64,000 nucleotides of DNA from Thecamonas trahens ATCC 50062. Taxonomy: Eukaryota > Protista > Apusomonadida. A program made the position numbers and the translations under genes. Position 1 is the first letter of the stretch. Each line of letters opens with the position of its first letter. Under the pieces are notes generated by a model, which ran no database searches, was not told where the DNA came from, and worked only from the letters and a program-made list of their open reading frames with translations. Shown here one piece after another: positions 56,668 to 64,000 of this stretch. The stretch covers positions 1 to 64,000 of the forward strand of contig NW_013657656.1 of the NCBI RefSeq assembly GCF_000142905.1. Direction: 5' to 3'.

Positions 56668-56848
56668 TCCGTGATTCCTCTAGCGCCGATCCCCCTCCAC
56701 TCCATCTCCCACGCGCCATCCCCCCAATCCCCCCCGGATGAACCAAAGACACCAAACCACCAGTGACCGACGCCAGTGACACGCCCACGCCCGACAGCCA
56801 CGCCCACGCCCACGCCCACGCCCACCCCTCCCCCCTACCTCCCCGGAC

Positions 56849-57945
56849 ATGTATCTGGCCCTCCTCGCTCTTCCTACCACATCCCCTCTGCTTGTGGTCA
56901 CCCTCATCATTGTCGGCTACCTCTTCTCCGTCCGCTACTTTCGGTACACCTGGCAGCGTGAGACCGAGGACATGCCACTCGCACGGTATCGGGCCATGGG
57001 TCGACTGGTGGCGCTGTATGACATGCCCACCATTTCCCGAACTGCATCCACCTTTGGCTTTTTTATACCTACGCCGTTCCGTCCATTGCAACGCTGCTCA
57101 ATGCCACAGCTGAGTTCAAGATCAATGGACAGAAGCGGTATGACGATACGGAGCTGCTGCTGGCTGAAATGGTTGAGCGATGCGTGGAGGTTGGTCGATC
57201 AGAGGCTGCTATCGCCAGGCTCAACGTCATCCACGGCGCGTACAACATCTCTGATGATGACTACTTGTTCACGCTGACTTTGTTTGTCGTCCCGGCTGTG
57301 CAATGGGTTGCGCGATGGGGCTGGCGCCCCTTTACCGCTAAAGAGGCCGATGCCATCGCGCTGGCCTGGTCCGAGCTCGGCGCCAACATGGGCATGCCTG
57401 CTCATCGCCTCCCGCTCGACTACGCGGGTTACCTTCAGATGTTCAACGAGTACACGTCGCCAGACTCGCCCCACTACCGCATCCGCCCGTCAGCAGCCGG
57501 CGCCGCTGTCACCCGCGACTCGCTCGAGACTGTCTACACTTGGGTGCCAGCAGCGGTTGTCCCGCTCCTCCGCCCAGCCCTCACCTGGCTCATCCGCGGC
57601 TGCCTGCCAAGCGACGTCACGGCCGCCATTGGCCTCGCTCCGGCGGGCCCAACGCATCGCGCGCTCATATCGGGCTTCCTGCACCTCCGCGCCTTTATCA
57701 TCCGCCACGCTTGTCTGCCGCGTCCGTCGTGGTGGCCGTACGTGGTGACCAGTGGTAAGGTGCTGCCGTCAGGCGCACGCGCTGCCCCGTGCTCGAGGTC
57801 CTACCGCGCTACCGGCTACTGCATCGGATCGCTGGGCCCGGCCAAGTTTGCAGCGGCTCCAACGTCCGAGGCGCATCCACCGACTATCCACGCCGCCAAT
57901 GTGGCGGCGTGGATGGCCCGCCGCGACGCACACTACGGCTGGTGA
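56849..57945 (+). CDS. ER-bound oxygenase, MpaB/rubber-oxygenase-like family; frameshift at 57059-57064
   Basis: N-terminal TM. T6 to T7 gives FGFFYTYAVPSIATLL...KRYDDTELLL...AIARLNVIHGAYNISDDDYLFTLTLF...W..RWGWR. Confidence 0.82.
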
Positions 57946-58883
57946 CTCTGGCTCTCGACCGCTGCCGTCGTCATGGTGTGGATTCGCTGCTTGAGGTGCG
58001 CAAGGTCGTTGAGCGCGGCTTCGGTACGCTGCAGCGAGCCAAGGGTCTCGACCTCGCGCGCCCGCGACGCCGCGAGCTCCTCGCGCAGCGACACGATCTC
58101 GTCCTGCGCCGACTTGAGCAGCTGCCGCAGCTCGTCGCGCTCCTCGCTCACCACCCGCTGCCGTGCCTCGAGTGCGCGCAGCTCGGCTGCGAGCTCATCG
58201 CGAGCCTGCATCACAGACGCCGCATTTGCTTGCGCTGCCTCGCGCTCGGCCCGCGCTGCCTTGACCTCATCGTTGGCGGCGTCGATCCCGGCCTGGCACC
58301 GCTGCACTTCGGCCTGCGCCCGCACCATGGCGGCCTCGGTCTCGGCCACCCGTGCCTGGGCCACGTCCTTGACATTCTCCGCGTCAGCTACAACGGTAGC
58401 CACTTTGTCCGCAGCCTCCTCCGCCGCGGCCTCTGCGGTTGTGGCCCGCGCCTGCGCGGAGGCCTCGCCGTCGCGCGCCACTGCGGCCTCCTCGCGCGCA
58501 GCGGCTGCCTCGCGCCGTGCCGCCGCAGCCTCTTCGCGCGCTCGCGACGCCTCCACCTGCGCCTTCACCGCCGCATCCTCGGCTGCCTCGGCCGCCTGCC
58601 GCAGCGCGAGCACGTCGGCCGAGAGGACCTTGACCCGCTCCGACGCCGCCGCCGCAATGGCGTCCGCCTCGGCCAGCGCCGTCGACCTCAGCGCCAGCAG
58701 CTCGCGCGCATGTGCCAGCTCGTGCCGCAGACCCATGGTCGCACCCATCGCCTCTTCTGCCACCACATCGCCCATCGTCCGCCTAGGCGACAGCGAGCCC
58801 AGCCGCAGCGGCGACCGAACCGCCGATGACCGGCGACTCGTCTCGGTCTCCAAGCTATCCCGCGTGCCCGACCACTCTGCCAT
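57933..58883 (-). CDS. Ala/Glu/Arg-rich coiled-coil protein
   Basis: 316-aa ATG ORF with continuous heptad-like composition. Confidence 0.7.
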   Translation of the reverse strand: MAEWSGTRDSLETETSRRSSAVRSPLRLGSLSPRRTMGDVVAEEAMGATMGLRHELAHARELLALRSTALAEADAIAAAASERVKVLSADVLALRQAAEAAEDAAVKAQVEASRAREEAAAARREAAAAREEAAVARDGEASAQARATTAEAAAEEAADKVATVVADAENVKDVAQARVAETEAAMVRAQAEVQRCQAGIDAANDEVKAARAEREAAQANAASVMQARDELAAELRALEARQRVVSEERDELRQLLKSAQDEIVSLREELAASRAREVETLGSLQRTEAALNDLAHLKQRIHTMTTAAVESQSHQP

Positions 58884-59397
58884 ACCGCCGATGCTAGCAC
58901 CCCAGTCAGAGAGATGCCAGATCAGTGACCAGTACCACTATGACCACCGGTTGAGCCGCAGATAACGACCGAGAAAGAGACCACACCCGCCAGTGCCGCC
59001 AGTGCCCGTCGGTCACCAGTCAGTCACCACCGCCGCCTGTCTGCTGTCACAGCCAAACCACAGTCGAGTCTCACCCGAGCAAAAGACCTACGCGTAGCAA
59101 GCGAAAAGACCTCCCACCGATAGCCAACAGAGCCACTATCCACAAACCTGGTTACGGTTTGGGTCAAGTGTCTGTCCCAGCACTTGGCCCCCCCTCACCC
59201 CCGCCCGCCCGCCACCAGCCGGCCACCCGCCACTAGTCACCGGTCACCCGCCCGCCACCCGCCGGCCGGCCGCCCGCCACAAGCCACCGGTCACCAGTCA
59301 CCCGTCCGGTCACCGGTCACCGGTCACCGACCAACCCAGCTGACCCGCCCACCCCACGCCTCACCCCCCTCCATCTCCTCCATCCCCCATCACCCCC

Positions 59398-60996
59398 ATG
59401 GACAACCTCCCGCCCCACCTCAGCCGCCACATCTCCTCCACCCCCCCCGCCACCCTCTACACCATCGGCCGAAAAGTTGGCGAGGGTGCCACAGGCGCCG
59501 TCTATGCTGCAAGCCCCTCTTCCCCGTCCCTGCCAACCATGGGCAAGAGCCACACAGAGTCCTCGCTGGAGGTCGGCGAGGGCGAGGCCGAGGACAAGGC
59601 GGATATGGTGGCAGTCAAAATTGTGCCGCTCAACTCGCCCGATGCCCTCGTCTCGCTCACCAACGAATTGGAGCTGTTGCACTCGCTCGAGCCGCACTCC
59701 TCGCTCCTTGCTTACCACGCCGCACATCTCAATCCAAGGGACTCGTCGCTCTGGCTGGTCATGGATCTCTGTCCCGGCGGCTCGCTCGCTGCTGCGCTCG
59801 ACCTCTTCCGTGGCTGCCACCGGGAGCTCTTCACCGAGCCGGTCATCGCCGCCATCATGGTCCAGCTCCTCTCGGCCCTCGACCACCTACATCGGGCTGG
59901 CTGCATCCATCGCGATGTCAAGGCCGACAACATCCTTCTCGCTGCAGACGGCTCCATCAAGCTGGCCGACTTTGGCGTTGCCGCCACACTCAGCCCAGAC
60001 CTCCCCACCCGCGCCACCTTTACCGGTACTCCCTACTGGATGGCTCCCGAGCTTATCACCGAGGAGCCGTACGCCGCACCCGTCGACATCTGGGCCGCCG
60101 CCATCACCGCCATCGAGCTCGCCGACGGCGCGCCACCACACGCCTCAACCAACCCCATGCGCGCCCTCTTCCTCATCCCCCATCTTCCGCCGCCCACGCT
60201 CGCAAACCCAGACGGGTTCTCCGCCGACTTTGTCGACTTTCTCGCCACTGCCCTCATCCTAAACCCGGCCCATCGACCGTCCGCCGCGTCTCTCCTTGAC
60301 CACCCGTTCATTGCCTCTGCTCCGCCGCGCTCTGCTCTCCTCCCCCTCTACGCCCGTGTCATCGCGGCGCGCAACGCGGCCGCAGATGCCACCGCCGCGC
60401 AGCTGCGTGCACTCCTCGATGCCCGCCCACAGCATCCTGCCGCGGCCAGACCCCAAGCCACGCCTCTTTCTGCGCCACCGCCGCCGCAACTTCCCGCACC
60501 GGCTACCAGCATCCAGGAGCGGCTGCTCGACGAGAACGACGAGCTCCGTGCCCGCCTCCTCGCCGCTTCCCGCGAGATCGAGACCCACAAGGCGGCTGCT
60601 GCCGCCGCCGCTGTTCAGGTCTCCGACCTCCGCACCCGCCTTGCCGACTCGGCCGCTTCGTCTGCCACCGTCATCGCCGACCTCCGCACTCGTCTCGAGT
60701 CGCTCGCAGCCTCTACGGCCACCGCCGCCACCGTCGCTGCGCTCACTGCCGAGCGCGACGCCCTAGCTGCTGAGCGCGACGCCGCCCTTGCCGAGCGGAA
60801 TGCCGCCCGCGCCGACGCCGCCGCTGCCCACGACGCCCTTCGCGCTGTCGCCGCCCATCCGCCGCCTCTCCACCCAAACCCGACGCGCGGCGAGCTCTCC
60901 GCCTTTGCGACTGCGTACGCCTCCGCCACTGCCCTACTCCACACATCGCTCGTCAAGCGCACAGCCGCACTCGAAGATCTCATCGCATCGATGTAA
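59398..60996 (+). CDS. STE20-family (MST/GCK/PAK-like) kinase with a C-terminal coiled coil
   Basis: GEGATGAV, VAVK, HRDVKADN, DFG, GTPYWMAPE, NPMRALFLIP. Confidence 0.92.
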   Translation: MDNLPPHLSRHISSTPPATLYTIGRKVGEGATGAVYAASPSSPSLPTMGKSHTESSLEVGEGEAEDKADMVAVKIVPLNSPDALVSLTNELELLHSLEPHSSLLAYHAAHLNPRDSSLWLVMDLCPGGSLAAALDLFRGCHRELFTEPVIAAIMVQLLSALDHLHRAGCIHRDVKADNILLAADGSIKLADFGVAATLSPDLPTRATFTGTPYWMAPELITEEPYAAPVDIWAAAITAIELADGAPPHASTNPMRALFLIPHLPPPTLANPDGFSADFVDFLATALILNPAHRPSAASLLDHPFIASAPPRSALLPLYARVIAARNAAADATAAQLRALLDARPQHPAAARPQATPLSAPPPPQLPAPATSIQERLLDENDELRARLLAASREIETHKAAAAAAAVQVSDLRTRLADSAASSATVIADLRTRLESLAASTATAATVAALTAERDALAAERDAALAERNAARADAAAAHDALRAVAAHPPPLHPNPTRGELSAFATAYASATALLHTSLVKRTAALEDLIASM

Positions 60997-61002
60997 ACTA
61001 CT

Positions 61003-64000
61003 TTACTCAGTCCGGAGGCACACCCCGCGCATCCGCCAGAAGCTCTCGTCGCCCGAAATTGGAAGCGCCATGTCGATGATGACCCGGCTCGTGTCGCCAC
61101 AGTACAGCGGCGCCGCGTACACCAACCGATCCCTGGATAGCTGGCCCACATCCACAGGCCGGACCCACACCACTGGCATGCTATTGCCGACCGCGTGCCC
61201 GGACGGCTCTACAAGCACCTTCTGCCCGCCGTCCCACGCCGCGTTCTCAAGAACAAGGTTGCCCACGTACACTCCCACAGGCGGGTGCTCCCGCGGAATC
61301 ACTCCCGCCCGCTGGACCACAAAGTCAAATCCAAACGCATGCAGCGGCGCGTCGGAACCAGACGTGCGCGTCGCGACCACAAGCAGCCGCGCAAGAAGCT
61401 TCTTCGGCGCATGGAGCAGTCCCAAGTTGACGACTACAGGGAGCCCGTGCTGTCGCCAGTTGCTCATCTGCGCCACCTTGCGCCGCATCTGGTCCAGCCA
61501 CCGCCAGAGCGGCAGCCCGTCCGCACCACTCGCCCATCCGTCGGGCACTCGCCCGTCCATCAAGCTCAGCCACTGTGAGTACAACGCTGCGTCGAGCTCC
61601 CGCCGTCCGCGCACAACGTCCAGCAGTCTGCCCAACCCGACATGCATGGCATTGAGGACAGCGCCCAGCGCTGCAGCCTCGGTCTCGAGAACGTGGTCGA
61701 ACATCGGCTGCGAGAACGAGCCCCGAGGCGGGAGCTCTACAGGTACTGCGCTCTGTACACGCTGAACCAGTGTGGTGAGCTCGTTGATAGTGCACAGGTG
61801 CCGCCCCACGCAAGCAACGCGCCATCCGCGGTGCTCGTCCACCACCGGCGCTATCCGCTCGCGCACAACCACCGGCAGCCGAAGCTCCGCCAGCCGCACC
61901 GCAAGCTTGTTCCGAAGGCCGAGCACGTCAAGCGGCACCACTTCCGGGAACGCACGCCGGATGTACAACACGTGGTACGCCAGCGAGCCAAACGGCGGCG
62001 GGTGCATGTTGTGGTTCGAGGCAGAGAGCGCGTGCTTCTCGTCGAAGAGAAACTCGCCCAGGCATGCCTCCATCACAAGCTCGAGCACCGCGCTGTCCAC
62101 CCCGTGCACCGTGCTCACCATCACCGCGCTCACCATGCTCCGCAGCTCACTAAAAGGCACAAACGCCCCGGCTTGCTCGTCCTCGGCTTCGTGATGCGGA
62201 AGGCTCGCCAGCCGCTCGCGGAGCCAGGCCACCACCGCAGCCACTCGGCCCTCGCTCAACTCGACAGCGTCCACAAACCCGTGAGGCGCGCCCATGCCGC
62301 GCCGGACGCACACATGGGCCACAGCAAGAGCAAGCCCAAACAGCACTCGCCGAAGCACTCGCGGGAGACTCCCTCCGACGCTCGCCACAAGCCGCGAGTA
62401 CGTCGCATACTGCACAAGTAGTGCTCGCTTCAGCTGCCGCGGCCAGTCTACACGGACAACGTCGGCCACGCGCACAATCTCGCCAGGCACCTCGCTGGCA
62501 TCGTCGGCAACCACAACAATCCGTCCGTATGGCGCCTTCTTGCGCAGCCAGCCCACCCGCCGCCCGCCAGATGGACCGCCCACAACTTGCGCCGCACACT
62601 GCAGCACCCGACCACAAGCCTCGCTCGCCGCAAACACAACCAGCCACGATCCACGCTCGAGCTCGTCGCGCATCTCGTTGACGTCAATGTCGGCTTCGCT
62701 CCCGCTCGCAACAAACACCAGCCGTGCCTTGTTGGCGCCCTCGCGCTCAAGCACGGTCTCGCGCCACCAGCGCGCCACCCACGTTTCCACCTGCCGCCCG
62801 GCCTCGCGCACAAGCACCGTCACCAGCGCCTCTCGCTTGCCAACCTCGTCGACACTGACAATGCCCAGTGAGCTAAAGTGCACGCCGAGCGCGCTCTTCA
62901 CCACTTGCCGCATAGCAGTCTCCAGCACATCCGGTCGCACCAACCGGACCAGCACGCACCGCCGCAGAGGCGAGAGCCGCTCCACAATCGACGGCGTCGA
63001 GGTTGAGGCCGAAAGCGGCGCCGACGAGTGAATAAACGTGTACCACACCTCAATGTCGCGGACGACAGAGCGAAGCAGTCCGTCAAACGCGCCCACATCA
63101 GCCTCAAGCTTTCCGAGCATGTTCCAGAGCTCAGCAGTGAGCCAAGACTCGCGCGGCTTGCTCGGTACACCACTGCCGGTAGACAGCACCGCCGCCTCGA
63201 CCTTGACATCTTCAAGCGCCTGTGCGCCGTCGACCAGCACCCGCCACTCGGTCGCACTCAGCTTCTCGGCATCGGTCTGGTCGCTTGCCTCCGCTGCCGC
63301 GAAGAATGCCAGCGATAGCCCAGCATCCTCCGGCAGTGACTGCATCAAAGCGTCAAACACCATCTTCGGCAGTTGCGCCACCGGCGTCTCGCCGTTGCTG
63401 GCCACTATCGCACTTGCCGCGCTGGTCACAGCACTACTCAGCCTCTCAAGCCCAACAACAGCAGGCTGCAGCCGCGACGCGCCACGCCACAGTCCAGCCA
63501 CCGCCGCAACCTCTGCCGCCACAGACTCGCGCGCCAGCGCCACCAGCCGCCGCAGCCGCACCTCGAGCTTTAGCACCGTTGCCGTCGCAGACGCAAACGT
63601 CTCCATCGACAGAGCAAGGCCCGAGAGCGCCTCGTTGTCATCCACAAGCGTCGTCTGCTTGCTCACAAACTTCTCCGTCAACAGCATCTCGACTGCATCG
63701 CTATACAGCGAGCTCACCAGGTGCGACTCGGACGCCAGTCGCGTCGCTATGTCGCTCACCTGCTTTGCCAGTGCCGGCTTGATCTGCTGTGTCACCATCG
63801 CCACCGCGTGCGCTTCGCCCACGCTTGGCGGCGCGGCAAAGGTGACCACATGTACCGACCCGGCGAGCACGTCGGGCACCTCTATCTCGCGCTCACGAGA
63901 GACGAGGAAGAGCCGGAAGCCGCGCCGGACCGCGCGGTTTTCCGCATCGCCGTCAGCACTCGTCACTGTCATACGCACCGTCACCCGCTCGACCAACTGC
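61003..64000 (-). CDS. Dynein heavy chain, C-terminal part (AAA5-AAA6, lid, C-terminal domain); continues beyond the window
   Basis: FRLFLVS, WLTAELWNML, LVRLVRPDVL, GSWLVV, LFGLALAVA...RR, VPDGW, GVYVGNLVLENAAWD, APLY, FWRMRGV. Confidence 0.85.
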   Translation of the reverse strand, partial: QLVERVTVRMTVTSADGDAENRAVRRGFRLFLVSREREIEVPDVLAGSVHVVTFAAPPSVGEAHAVAMVTQQIKPALAKQVSDIATRLASESHLVSSLYSDAVEMLLTEKFVSKQTTLVDDNEALSGLALSMETFASATATVLKLEVRLRRLVALARESVAAEVAAVAGLWRGASRLQPAVVGLERLSSAVTSAASAIVASNGETPVAQLPKMVFDALMQSLPEDAGLSLAFFAAAEASDQTDAEKLSATEWRVLVDGAQALEDVKVEAAVLSTGSGVPSKPRESWLTAELWNMLGKLEADVGAFDGLLRSVVRDIEVWYTFIHSSAPLSASTSTPSIVERLSPLRRCVLVRLVRPDVLETAMRQVVKSALGVHFSSLGIVSVDEVGKREALVTVLVREAGRQVETWVARWWRETVLEREGANKARLVFVASGSEADIDVNEMRDELERGSWLVVFAASEACGRVLQCAAQVVGGPSGGRRVGWLRKKAPYGRIVVVADDASEVPGEIVRVADVVRVDWPRQLKRALLVQYATYSRLVASVGGSLPRVLRRVLFGLALAVAHVCVRRGMGAPHGFVDAVELSEGRVAAVVAWLRERLASLPHHEAEDEQAGAFVPFSELRSMVSAVMVSTVHGVDSAVLELVMEACLGEFLFDEKHALSASNHNMHPPPFGSLAYHVLYIRRAFPEVVPLDVLGLRNKLAVRLAELRLPVVVRERIAPVVDEHRGWRVACVGRHLCTINELTTLVQRVQSAVPVELPPRGSFSQPMFDHVLETEAAALGAVLNAMHVGLGRLLDVVRGRRELDAALYSQWLSLMDGRVPDGWASGADGLPLWRWLDQMRRKVAQMSNWRQHGLPVVVNLGLLHAPKKLLARLLVVATRTSGSDAPLHAFGFDFVVQRAGVIPREHPPVGVYVGNLVLENAAWDGGQKVLVEPSGHAVGNSMPVVWVRPVDVGQLSRDRLVYAAPLYCGDTSRVIIDMALPISGDESFWRMRGVCLRTE

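Noticed and set aside
2039-57945. Calling the frameshifted genes pseudogenes
   Set aside because: No premature stops, catalytic motifs are intact, and every lesion is the same single-base type.

Overview
Telomeric end of a GC-rich, intron-poor chromosome from a flagellated unicellular eukaryote. An apusomonad such as Thecamonas is plausible, but that is inference only. A (CCCTAA)n telomere (1-179) and a subtelomere of under 2 kb are followed by about 24 densely packed genes. These include a ~4,700-aa HECT E3 ligase with nucleoporin-like FG repeats, a HAD phosphatase, a heat-shock factor, TCTP, a Pho80/U-type cyclin, a four-domain Cch1/NALCN-like channel, an SGNH hydrolase, TatD, MARK-like, CK1 and STE20 kinases, RTF1, a Dispatched-like RND protein, two LRR proteins, an alphaproteobacterial-looking thiamine pyrophosphokinase, an MpaB-type oxygenase and the 3' end of a dynein heavy chain. 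Ten genes are broken at 12 sites. Each break is repaired by adding one base to a homopolymer run, most likely a sequencing under-call, although -1 recoding is not excluded. Convergent genes end within 0-40 bp of each other. Most long ORFs in the track are antisense shadows of GC3-rich genes. All domain calls come from motif recognition by eye; no searches were run.
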